Source: Eukaryota sp. GEM-RC1
Taxonomy: Eukaryota
Length of the DNA: 64,000 nucleotides
Direction of reading: 5' to 3'
Assembly: GCA_040285855.1 (NCBI GenBank)
Contig: JAUFOQ010000002.1
Span: 496,001 to 560,000 of the forward strand
Shown here: positions 12,674 through 22,689 of the stretch, in pieces
Position numbering within the stretch: position 1 is the first letter of the stretch
Layout of the letters: every line of letters starts with the position of its first letter
The notes under the pieces: model-generated
What the model saw: the letters and a program-made list of their open reading frames with translations, nothing else
What the model was told of the DNA's origin: nothing
Database searches by the model: none
Made by a program: the position numbers and the translations under genes

Positions 12674-13822
12674 TCAAAACATATCAAGAAAATCATCATC
12701 CCCTTTTACAACGTAACTATCCCGAACCTTCTTCAATTGAGATTCTATATCGTCATCCTCGCTAATTTCTCCCCCAGACTTTGCCTCTAGTAATCCAAGT
12801 AAGTCATCACTGTCTTTTGAGTCCTTCTCTAATGGTGATACTGTCTTTCTTCTACTTCTTGTTGAACTTGTGGATGGTGGAGCTATCTTAAAGAGATCAG
12901 CATCACTCGAAAACTCATTCAGCAAATCAGTATCAATCACTTCCTTTGGTTTGATCTCTTTTGGTGATTTAACAGAGGTCGTTTTTGGTGATGAATACGT
13001 TGAAGCTTCTTGCTTTAAAGATGGTGACAGGAACTTGTTCTCAGACGCTTCTGGTTCAATGCCCAGGTCATCTAGATCTACTAATAACTCTTGGTTTTCA
13101 GATTTGTAGTTTACTAGAACACTCAAATCACGTTTCGAAGCATGTGAGATGTCTTTTAGAACTGAAGATGCAGAATCTAAAAGATTCAGAACCTCTTCTA
13201 CTTTATTGAGAGAAGAAAGTTCTTCAAATGAATTTTCAACTCTATTTGAGAGTTGTTTTTGTGTTGTTGTGATGTCGTTTTGTAGATTTGACAATAAATC
13301 CATTGATGACTCATCACCCGTCACGATTGCAGTTATGATTTCTTTTGTAAATTGAATATGGTTTTTCAGTTGGTCTATCAACTCTGAAATAGACAGGGGT
13401 TTCTCCTGTGCAACGTTGGACGATCCAGACGAAGCAAAAGTAATTGAGGATTCAGCCATGGCTCCTTTTGCAACAAGTTCATAAGCAGCAGATGCTAAGG
13501 CAGGATATGTTTGACATAGACGAAGAATATGAGTTCGATTGGAAGGAGCCGCACTTTGGGCCAGTTCAACAAGTTTCAGAGGGATTTCAGAGAGAGCTAT
13601 AGCGTAGTGGAAGTTGTGGTTGGTGTTCATTAGGGAGTATTCTAGGACACTCAGAGTAAGACCTGTACGTTCTGGCTTCATCAGATACTTGGTAATGTAA
13701 TGACAAACTTCGTCATGACACAAATGGCTAGCGTTGATTGTGTCACATATTTGTATGTTTAAGGAGCTATTAGGGACAGAAAGTTTTGGGTCAGTTGCAG
13801 ACTTTAGAAGCGATTTGATCAT
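12674..13822 (-). CDS. VHS (+GAT) domain protein, TOM1-like
   Basis: N-terminal SATDPKLSVPNSSLNIQICDTIN is a VHS signature; helical mid-region and acidic tail ending DDDFLDMF. Confidence 0.7.
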   Translation of the reverse strand: MIKSLLKSATDPKLSVPNSSLNIQICDTINASHLCHDEVCHYITKYLMKPERTGLTLSVLEYSLMNTNHNFHYAIALSEIPLKLVELAQSAAPSNRTHILRLCQTYPALASAAYELVAKGAMAESSITFASSGSSNVAQEKPLSISELIDQLKNHIQFTKEIITAIVTGDESSMDLLSNLQNDITTTQKQLSNRVENSFEELSSLNKVEEVLNLLDSASSVLKDISHASKRDLSVLVNYKSENQELLVDLDDLGIEPEASENKFLSPSLKQEASTYSSPKTTSVKSPKEIKPKEVIDTDLLNEFSSDADLFKIAPPSTSSTRSRRKTVSPLEKDSKDSDDLLGLLEAKSGGEISEDDDIESQLKKVRDSYVVKGDDDFLDMF

Positions 13823-13867
13823 TGAGAAATTGGCCTGATGCTTTCATTTTGGTTGCATTTTCATGAG

Positions 13868-14165
13868 AAAACGTTTCAGAACTCCCAAAGCTCTTTTCAA
13901 CCCTGCCAAACCTGATTTATGATTGCTCTTAGCTATTATTTACCTGAACCTGCCATGATTGGTCTTGAATCTCCCGCTATTCATGAACAAACCTACAAGT
14001 CTATCATGAATCGACAAACGTATGGAGAAGGAAATGATCAACCAAGCTCCTCCTGCTGTAAAGATTAAGATTGTTGCTCCCCCAGAAAGAAAGTACTCTG
14101 TATAGATTGGAGGTTCCATTTTGTAATCTTTGACCACCTATGAATCTATGTGGATTACTCGTGAA
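13868..14165 (+). pseudogene. ACT: Actin C-terminal fragment (pseudogene)
   Basis: RFRTPKALFNPA, MIGLESPAIHEQTYKSIM and [33 protein letters not shown]; two stops, an internal deletion and a 40-bp insertion flanked by CCTGCCA. Confidence 0.85.
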
Positions 14166-14487
14166 CATGTTATTATACCCTCTATGCGTATTGATTGTCC
14201 GTTAGGGGATTTTCCCTGTGTTCAGTAGTTCGACTCCGTTTTAAATGATAGTTCAGATAAATATGAGTTTGTGCTGGAATAAATCACCTATATATATAGT
14301 AAATCGCAACTCAAAGTGACATTCAAGTTACAATTTTTACTACTTCGACAACTGCTCAATATCGATGAATTGCTTTAGTTTCAGATATTGGGGTCTTGTA
14401 GTGTATTCCTTGTTATAAAGATACTAGTATGTCATTGTGCTCATTTTCAACATCTTTCATAAATCATGTATATCTTATAGTTTTCAA

Positions 14488-14558
14488 CAAATGATGTATC
14501 ACCAAATGTTGTTGTAACAAATGTTGTACTACTAAATGTTGTTGTTACATATGTTGTC
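14488..14558 (+). repeat. About five imperfect 15-bp tandem repeats (CAAATGTTGT...)
   Basis: caaatgatgtatcac / caaatgttgttgtaa / caaatgttgtactac / taaatgttgttgtta / catatgttgtc. Confidence 0.75.
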
Positions 14559-14595
14559 AGTTTCAGTATGACAAGATGTCACTGTAGACAACATC

Positions 14596-14603
14596 TATAA
14601 ATA
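14596..14603 (+). promoter_or_regulatory. Candidate TATA box for the Fanzor polyprotein
   Basis: TATAAATA about 35 nt upstream of the first in-frame ATG. Confidence 0.35.
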
Positions 14604-14698
14604 GTGAGAATTTATATTTGAGTCCAATTGCTTGGAGAGATGTCTATGGATACTTCTAGTTGTGTCCTGAGATCTCTCTCCTTCTTCTTTTCATCAAC

Positions 14699-14952
14699 CA
14701 AACACGATCACGTGTTTAAGGATATGCCAAGAGAACATATTTTCTCGAGGCGTTCCTTTGTTCTACCTTTGTTGCATGGTTTGTTTACTCACTTTTCGTC
14801 ACTCAAACACGATCACGTGTTTAAGGATGTGCCAAGAGAACATATTTTCTCGAGGCGTTCCTTTGTTTATACTCTTCTTTCTAACTTTTCGTCATTCAAA
14901 CACGATCACGTGTTTAAGGATATGCCAAGAGAACATATTTTCTCGAGGCGTT
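14699..14952 (+). repeat. Three 56-bp direct repeats separated by 49- and 37-bp spacers
   Basis: CAAACACGATCACGTGTTTAAGGATRTGCCAAGAGAACATATTTTCTCGAGGCGTT at 14699, 14804 and 14897. Confidence 0.95.
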
Positions 14953-15137
14953 TCTTTTTCTCTCATGGATTCTCGAATTATTCTATGCTGTTTCTTCTTT
15001 TGTTGTTGTTAGAGAAAGTCATGAGTTCGTCTCAGTCGTTGTTTTGTTTTTACGATCATAAAGTCAGCACTTGTATGGTTTTTCTACAATCAAGTCTCCA
15101 GTCATCACAATTTCTCCGTGATTTGACTATCGATGGA

Positions 15138-15161
15138 GACATAGAGTCAAACCCTGGTCCT
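15138..15161 (+). other. 2A-like StopGo ribosome-skipping motif
   Basis: FLRDLTIDGDIESNPGP matches D(V/I)ExNPGP. Confidence 0.85.
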
Positions 15162-15790
15162 TTTGTCACTGAGGAAGGAATCACCACATTGAAGCCCTCC
15201 GTATGGCTCGATGATTCTGTTGTTGACTTTTATGGTGAGTACATCACCGAGAATAGTGAGTTATGCCAGTTTTTCCGTATCGGGAATCTTCATGCTGCAG
15301 TGAGTTATGGCAATTTTGACACATTAGCTCTTGAATTTCTAAATGTTCAGAATTCAATGCGAGAAACTGGGAAAAGGTTTTTATTTATTTTAATTAACGA
15401 TGGTGTCTTTCGTGGTACATCAACTCATTGGACTTTACTTGTTTGTGACATTGATAGTACGTCATTTTTTCACTTGATCCAATGTACACTGACAGTTCAA
15501 CTCAACTTTCATTTGACGTTTTAACTCAAAATGATCAAGTTGTAAGTACATTACAGGAATATTTGCGTCATTTTGGTAATTTTTCCAATTTAGGAAAGCT
15601 CCCAGTTATTAAACAGCAAACTTTTAATGACTGTGGACCATTTATCTTAATGTATATGCAAAGATTTGTTCATTTGGCATCAACATCAGACAATTTCCAG
15701 AAAATTATGTTTCAAGTCCAAGGTTATGTCGATTATGATGCTTTTGAAATGAGAAAACAAGTTCTAAATCTAATAGCAACCACGCATTCT
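15162..15790 (+). CDS. Peptidase C48 (SENP8/Ulp1-like) domain 1
   Basis: LKPSVWLDDSVVDFY, INDGVFRGTSTHWTLLVCD, FFH(F)D and QQTFNDCGPF give H-D-C plus the oxyanion Q. One frameshift near 15474. Confidence 0.85.
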
Positions 15791-16139
15791 ATTCCTTTTG
15801 CTATACTTGCTGTAAGTATTGTACATGAGTACTTTTCAAACAACATTCAAGCACATGTTCAAGAACACAGTGACAGAGTTCATTCTACACCTTTGCAACA
15901 ACAAATGAATAGATCTGCTGGTACTTCTGAAATAGCCGAACATCCAACAGTAGTTTCATCTCCTGATGAAACTCGACAAGTGCCATTGACTATACCCAAT
16001 CAACTTATAGACTCAAATCGTACAAGAAAAACTCGTCAATCTAGAAAATATCCTCCGAAAAAGAAGAAATTTTCTCAAAAATATCAACTTATTCAACATC
16101 AACATCGTGGAATTCTAACACAATCTCGTCCTAGACCAC

Positions 16140-16790
16140 TTTTACTAAGATCTGATCAAATTGACACACTGAAACCAAATGTACTGCTTCATGATTCTGT
16201 CATTGACTATGTTGGTCAGTACATTGCTCAAAAGAGTAATCTATGCGAGTTCTTTGAAGTAGCCAACATTCAAGATGCAAACAATCTTTCACAATATAAC
16301 ATAATGTTTGAACAATTTAGAGAGGTTCAATTATCAATGGAAAAATCCAGTAAAAGACACACTAAAAAGTGTAAGAAACGTTTCTTGTTTATTCCAATAC
16401 ATGACGGTCTTTTTGGTACAACAGCTACTCACTGGTCACTGTTAATCTGTGATATTGAAAATAAACAATACTTCTCTATTGACTCAATGTGTACAGAAGA
16501 TCAACATTCTCAGTTTTCTAACACTTTATCACGTATTGACAATGTCATTTCACAATTACAACAATTCCTGTTTGATATGGCAAATTTCAGCTACATAGCT
16601 AGAGTACCAGTTCAACAAGTCCAAACTCTTAATGACTGTGGTCTATCTATTCTAATGTATATGAATAAAATTGTCGAGAGTGAATCAAAATCAACAAATC
16701 TTTTCGAAATTCTGTCTAAAGTCTCTAATTGTGTTGTTTATAATCCATTTGAAATGAGAAAACAAATACTGTCTCAAATCGTTACTACTC
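16140..16790 (+). CDS. Peptidase C48 (SENP8/Ulp1-like) domain 2
   Basis: LKPNVLLHDSVIDY, THWSLLICD, FSIDS and QVQTLNDCGL. Confidence 0.85.
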
Positions 16791-17404
16791 ACCCTGATGA
16801 AGATCACCCTGATGAATACCGACAATATGTATGTACTCATGCCCAAGGTATTTTAAATGAGTTTTATTCTGATGAGATTGAATCACCTGTTAATCAACCT
16901 GTACAGTGTCAATCTGAAAGTTTAACTCCTGAAACAATGGTAGATGATAGTAGTTACAAGGAAACGGTGTCAAAGCTCACTTATCAAAACTTTCTCAAAA
17001 GTTTACCTGGAAATTTATCTAACCGGAAAAAGAAACGTCTTTTGAAGTTAAAAATGATTGAACAAGCGCTGGAAGAAGCTGAAGAATTATTTCAAGAAAG
17101 TTATCATAACTTTAGTCGTCCAGAGTTAAAAGATCTTCCAGAAATAAATTTACCAACTCCAAAAATAAATGTTGCTGCTTGTGAGAAACCTGATACAACA
17201 GAAACAGCAGAAACAATTGAGTCATCTGACACCACTGAACCAACAACAGCAACAGGTAATAGAAAGACAACAGTTGCCAAAAGGAAAACCACCAAACCAA
17301 AAGCAAGTGGAGTATCAAATGCGACAAAGAGTTTGAAACCTCCTAAAAAACCAATGATTGAGTTTCTCAAACATTCCCAATTACCAAATAACTCTAATCA
17401 TTGT

Positions 17405-18130
17405 TCAATATTGTCTTTTGATATTGAAACTAGAGAAATTGATCAAATTCCTGCAGAAACACTTACAGAGGAGTTGGATGATCAAAGAAAGTACGAGAAT
17501 GAATCTCTCAAAATGAAAAGTGATGCAGAAAAAGAAGTGTGGATTCAAAACCAACAAGTTTTTATGATTTCTGGAGTGTTTGGTCATTTTATAAAAGATC
17601 AATTTTACCTTCAAGACAATTTTGTTGCAACTTTAGAGTTGACTCATGAATCTGATGTTGAACTGCCACCTGATTGTAGAAACCTTCGATTTTTTGAAAA
17701 CGAAAAACAGTTACTAGAGTTTTTTGTCAACTATTTGAATGATAAAAATCCCTCAGTTTTAACTGGATTTAACATAACTGACTTCGATAATGTTGTTTTA
17801 GGCAACAGGATTGTTACACTTGGAGTCGACTTTCCAGAACCAATGCTAGATGAAACAACTAAATCTCATTTATCATCTCTATGGCAAAATGTTCGTTCTG
17901 AATGGGCTGGTAGAATTGTCTGTGATTCATACGTTTATGCTAAGCAATTTATTGTTTCAAAATGTTCAAAGTCTTTAAGATCATTAAGTTGATTTTTATT
18001 AAACGAATCTAAAGGACGTCTTCATGACGAATTTCACCACTTATTGCCTATTGATTGTGTTGATGAAAGACCTCAAGAAGTTGTAAACTATTGCTTCAAA
18101 GATAGTGTAATAGCATTGAAGTTGTTTTTA
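17405..18130 (+). CDS. Family-B DNA polymerase-type DEDDy 3'-5' exonuclease domain; no polymerase domain follows
   Basis: ExoI SFDIET, ExoII LTGFNITDFD, ExoIII YCFKD; in-frame TGA at 17990-17992. Confidence 0.85.
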
Positions 18131-18149
18131 TTGTTTCAATCAAATAAAA

Positions 18150-20425
18150 TCGTTCGTCCAACTTTTGTAACACATAAAACTACACTCAAGTCTATTGTCA
18201 AACATTTTGGATTAACGCTATTACTCGATTATTATGCTCAATTGTTTCACAAACTTAGAATGCACACTTCCTATTGTTTGAAGCCGTTTTTATTACACAT
18301 GGATAAGAATGGTGAAAAATTACCTTTAATTACAAGGAAAGAAGTAGAACATATTCAAACTCTGTTAAGAAACATCTCTGCTGAACATCATGAGATTAGA
18401 TTATGTAATCAAGGACGACCTCCTACATTTAATGAACACTTGAAAAACTTTGTTTTAGAAGAATACAAACAAGTAATGCTCAACAATGGAGGAATTCCAC
18501 TCTTTCCAGCTGCTCATTCCTCACGACTTATGGCAATGGTTGGTGAAACTATTAAATCGAATTTGGACACCAATATTAAAATGCGATATGCTCAATACAT
18601 TGACAAATTTATTAATGTTTATTTTCAAAAGACTGATCAAGAAGAAAAAATGCCAAAAAAGAACAATCTGTTTTTCGTTGGAGACTTAGACAAGTTAAAA
18701 ATGTCTTTCTTGAAGGTAACAGAAATGACATTCCAAAAACCCCTGCAGAAATAAAACAATTTATTCAAAGATGTAATACAGAAATTCTTCAAGAGGACAG
18801 TAACAGAAGTTTGAACATTGCAGGTAAAATTAAACTTCTGTGGGCAACTAACGACTATGTTGAAGGATTGTTTAGAGAGAGATATTTTATTGATGTTCTC
18901 TTTCCACCATCAATTGATATTCAAAATGCTAATGGTGTTTAGAAAAAGAAAGTCGTTAAATCTCTACTAAAAATCAGTTCGTGAACATCCTCAATCCTTT
19001 ATTAAATCTGCGATTCAAATAAATAACTATCTTGAAAGTGAAGGAGCAAGTGCTTACAATGTAATTCCGATTGTTCGTCAAGTCACACCAGGTTTCTTTG
19101 AAATAGACACACAAAGTCTTTGGGGAATACTACGTTCCACTTTGTCAACAAAGCAAGTGTATGTCAAGAAAAGACAATCTGAGTGGAATTCACAAACTGA
19201 AATTCAAAAATGTCTCCTGCGGAACAAAATCAATTCTGGTCCTACTTTTTCAACTTTAATCGTCCATTTATAAAGAAAGGTTATAAGTTTAACAATACCA
19301 TTAAAACTGATGGTTTCTCTGCCTGTGTTGAACTCACCAGAGAGGACTGTGTGGGAATGTCCTTTAAACCAGACAGTGCAAAGTTCTCTAGTAAAGAAGA
19401 ATATGTTCAAGACTATGATGTTGAAGAGTTTTCATTGAAAACAAAAGTGTTTATTGATCCTGGAAAAACAGATTTACTCTATTTTTGTTCAGAGAAAGTA
19501 AATAGGCCATTTCCTGAACAAAAAGCCCGAGAAAGAAGAGACAAAGAATATGAGTGGCTAAGATTGACAGAGACAGAATGGTCCAGATGGTCAAGGGTTC
19601 ATCAAAAGTTTAGAAGGGGAAAGAAAAAAGAATTCATTCTCCAAGATGGAAAAACAGTTGAAGAAGAAGAGAAAATTCCAAAGAAAATTCAAAATCGACT
19701 CTTTATGACACATTCTATGACTATGTGGGTTCCAAACTAACAGTTATTGAATCAACATTTGACTACTACTGTTTGATGATATGGCGCATTCAAAAATGCA
19801 AAGATACGTCCATATTCAAAAAACAGAAAGTAAGTTGTTGAAAAATATGACTGCAAAAGGATGGAATAAAAATGACTGTGTATTGATGTTTGGTGACAAT
19901 GGTAATAAGAGGCAGAACCTAAAACACCTCCGATCAAGTAGAGGTGTGGGTTGGAGAAAACTTCTTTAGGTGAAATGATTACAATATTGTTCTTGTAGAT
20001 GAGAGTTACACGTCTTCAAAGTGTCCTACTTGTTGGAAGCCAGTTAAAGTGTTCAAAGATTTCAGTAATCCAAAACCATGGAAAAGAGAGAAGAAACCTC
20101 TGGTAAAGTGTCACGCTTTGTTGAGATGTAAGTCCCAAGAATGTAGAGAAGAATGTCATGGTACACGTCTTCAAAGTGTCCTACTTGTTGGAAGCCAGTT
20201 AAAGTGTTCAAAGATTTCAGTAATCCAAAACCATGGAAAAGAGAGAAGAAACCTCTGGTAAAGTGTCACGCTTTGTTGAGATGTAAGTCCCAAGAATGTA
20301 GAGAAGAATGTCATGGTAGCGCCAAGGTTTGGAATCGTAACAAGTTGGCATGTATCAACATCAAAACCATTGTGGAGCATCATTTGGAGCGGGGTCTAGG
20401 AGTTAGACCCAGTTATTTGTCATAG
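18150..20425 (+). pseudogene. Fanzor1 (eukaryotic TnpB homologue), disrupted
   Basis: KTTLKSIV, FEIDTQSL, IKTDGFSAC, RuvC-I FIDPG, VLMFGD, RuvC-II LVDESYTSSKCPTC, CHALLRC...C, WNRNKLACINI and terminal RPSYL. Confidence 0.88.
20007..20316 (+). repeat. Perfect 155-bp tandem duplication of the Fanzor zinc-finger region
   Basis: 20007-20161 is identical to 20162-20316. Confidence 0.92.
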
Positions 20426-20790
20426 TCATAGTCATAGCGTTTTTACTACAGTGAATCTGTAGCATTATTGAATCTTAGAATTTGTTAGACATCTTCTCAG
20501 ATTCAATCATGATTCATGAGATTCAATCATTAATGTGTACAATATCAAATTATCACACTTAACTAACACTACTTTATCCCTCCATCACTCTTGTAAACAT
20601 CACAGCCAATGAATACGACTCCTTAAATCCAATCCCACAACAATATTCACACATCACTTTACGAAATTCCTCCAATATTCCTAAACATTGTTCATCACAA
20701 AACAAAATATCATTTAAATCTTGTATCGACACAACAAAAGTAGAAATTTTTGTATAGGGACAGAATTTTTAAAGGGACATTAAGGTTTCG
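20426..20790 (+). ncRNA. Candidate Fanzor omegaRNA scaffold / element right end
   Basis: Lies just after the Fanzor stop; hairpins CTACAG-tgaat-CTGTAG (20446-20462) and ATTGAATCTTAGAA...TTCTCAGATTCAAT (20467-20507). Confidence 0.4.
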
Positions 20791-20900
20791 TGTAACACTC
20801 AACTGTTTATTCATATACAGTACATACATTCAGTAACAATACATACAGCTGCATCTCAGAGGGCAGAATTAAATACCAGAGTAATACTGCTAGTGGTACT

Positions 20901-21910
20901 CAGGGGTTTGAAATATGGCATGGGCCATATTATGGATTGTGTCCAAATCAGTTGCCGCCATAATGGCCATAATCAATTACGCTTCCCATACTTATGGCCA
21001 TTATGGACCCCATAACAACAGCAACAACAATACAGTTTATTTTCAATAAAAAATAACAAGGAATCAGACCTTATATAACATATCTGAACTTTCAATCTAT
21101 AAAAACCTCTTCTTCATCATTGTCGTCTCTCAAAATGGATGAAACAGTTTCCTGGTCGCACTGGTCTTTGTACATCATTTGAAATAGCTGCCTTTCAAGA
21201 TTTGCATTAGTTAGAGAGAACCATAACAAAACCATTAGCTGTCGGGCACGACTGAAGAGTCGTTCGACTGGGTTGGGTTTACTGTCACTTGTTGAAATGG
21301 GAAACACTGACTTCTCATTTCCTTCTACACAAATTACAGTAATTAGTGTACGTAACACTAATTGTTGCAAAAACTTATGGAAAATACTTTTGGCAACAAA
21401 TAGTGTAACTGTCGAAAAAACTATGTTATAGAAAAACGATAATGTAGTTTGTTCTTCGGCTTTGCTATATTCTTGAGCAACTGAATCACTGGCTTCTACC
21501 TCTTGACTTACTTCTACTGAGGCCCAAACTTGACAACGATCAGTAACTTGGTCAAGACTCGGTATTCGAGCCTACTGTTTTGGGGGAGGTTGGATAGTGT
21601 GTTAAGATAATTAATTGACAACAATAACACCACTATTTCCACTCATCCTAGCAAAATTGATCAACAGTTTTTGTCAAGGAATATATTTTATAGGTTTTAC
21701 CGATCACAGAACCCTAAAATCCACTGTTTAAATGTATTTATTACTGCTGTTTCCCCATAAGTTGGTTAATTGAAATCTAGAAATTATGGACCCCCATATA
21801 TGGCCATGATATGGGACGAATAGCCATAATTGATTTTGACGTTCCATACTTATGGTATGGCCATTATGGGGAATTATGGATATGGGTCCATGCCGTATTT
21901 CAAACCCCTG
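20901..21910 (-). mobile_element. Deleted hAT DNA transposon
   Basis: TIRs CAGGGGTTTGAAATAYGGCATGG, flanking (A)GTGGTAC duplication, and an internal remnant PNPVERLFSRAR...SLTNANLERQLF resembling the hAT C-terminal dimerisation domain. Confidence 0.85.
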
Positions 21911-22074
21911 AGTGGTACCACATCTGTCACGTCATAGGAAATGTCCTATTCCAATATCTTTCACTTTTCTTAAGAAATGGACCAATTAAGAAGGAAACTT
22001 CAATAGAAATTCCGTTTTCAAAACGAACGATGAAGCGCCTTTGATTTTACTATTGTACATTAACCTTTGTGAAT

Positions 22075-22689
22075 CTAGGGACAGAAAAGGTGCTCATTGA
22101 ACTGCCGATCGGATGATTTCAACCTCTGGTGGTCTGAGAAATATCTGACATCAAATAACACACCATGCATGTTTGGATCGGTTATCCTGGTTTCATAGTT
22201 AAATTTATCAGCAACACAATATTCCACGTGAACAGAATCAGCTTCAGGACCAGCGTAAGGTATATCAGCTTCTAGTACTGTACACTTGTGATTTCCAGAA
22301 CTAGATTCATGAAGTTCTTCTGCATAATAAGGTGGTAAAGATAAACGTATGAAGTTCTCAATATTTGATCGCTCCTGATCCGTAATGTCTCTGCCATAAC
22401 AGATATCATCTCCTTTGTGCTTTGTGTAAACATATCCGTCTTCTAGTTTGAACATATGCTCCGCAGAGCTATCGGAACGATGTAAGATTTGTTTTCTGTG
22501 GTCCACTGAGTACCGAGTAGATGGATCTTCATTAATGATGAAGGAGACTTGCCCATGAGCCCAAGTTTGTATCAAGACAAATACCATCATAAAGTAGGTT
22601 AATACTAAAAATGGACACCAGCAGTAACAGAAGCATTTAAAAAAAGTTGATCCTAAAGAACGTTGAGTTGGGGGATTCCAAGTCGTCAA
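22075..22689 (-). CDS. Hypothetical single-pass membrane protein (start uncertain)
   Basis: Cys-rich juxtamembrane segment, hydrophobic helix and a polar ectodomain. Confidence 0.5.
   Translation of the reverse strand: MTTWNPPTQRSLGSTFFKCFCYCWCPFLVLTYFMMVFVLIQTWAHGQVSFIINEDPSTRYSVDHRKQILHRSDSSAEHMFKLEDGYVYTKHKGDDICYGRDITDQERSNIENFIRLSLPPYYAEELHESSSGNHKCTVLEADIPYAGPEADSVHVEYCVADKFNYETRITDPNMHGVLFDVRYFSDHQRLKSSDRQFNEHLFCP

Larger units (their letters stand above)
14628..20425 (+). pseudogene. Disrupted polyprotein: leader-2A-Ulp1/SENP8 x2-PolB exonuclease-Fanzor1
   Basis: ORFs 14628-15524, 15482-17992, 18044-18754, 19210-19740, 19781-19969 and 20153-20425 join by single-base shifts or in-frame stops into one collinear domain series. 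Confidence 0.75.
14166..20790 (+). mobile_element. Fanzor-carrying element (boundaries approximate; no transposase seen)
   Basis: Begins where actin similarity stops and contains repeats, a TATA box, the polyprotein and a structured 3' tail. No clear TIRs. Confidence 0.65.

Noticed and set aside
14699..14952. CRISPR array or hammerhead ribozyme repeats
   Set aside because: Eukaryotic context, 56-bp units, spacers related to each other, no cas genes, and no CTGANGA core found.
17990..17992. Stop-codon reassignment or programmed TGA readthrough
   Set aside because: TAA, TAG and TGA all end host genes here, and the element has other stops (18940 and about 19970), which fits decay.
14628..18130. 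Polinton/Maverick or giant-virus insertion
   Set aside because: No polymerase domain, integrase, packaging ATPase or capsid seen; only the exonuclease is present.
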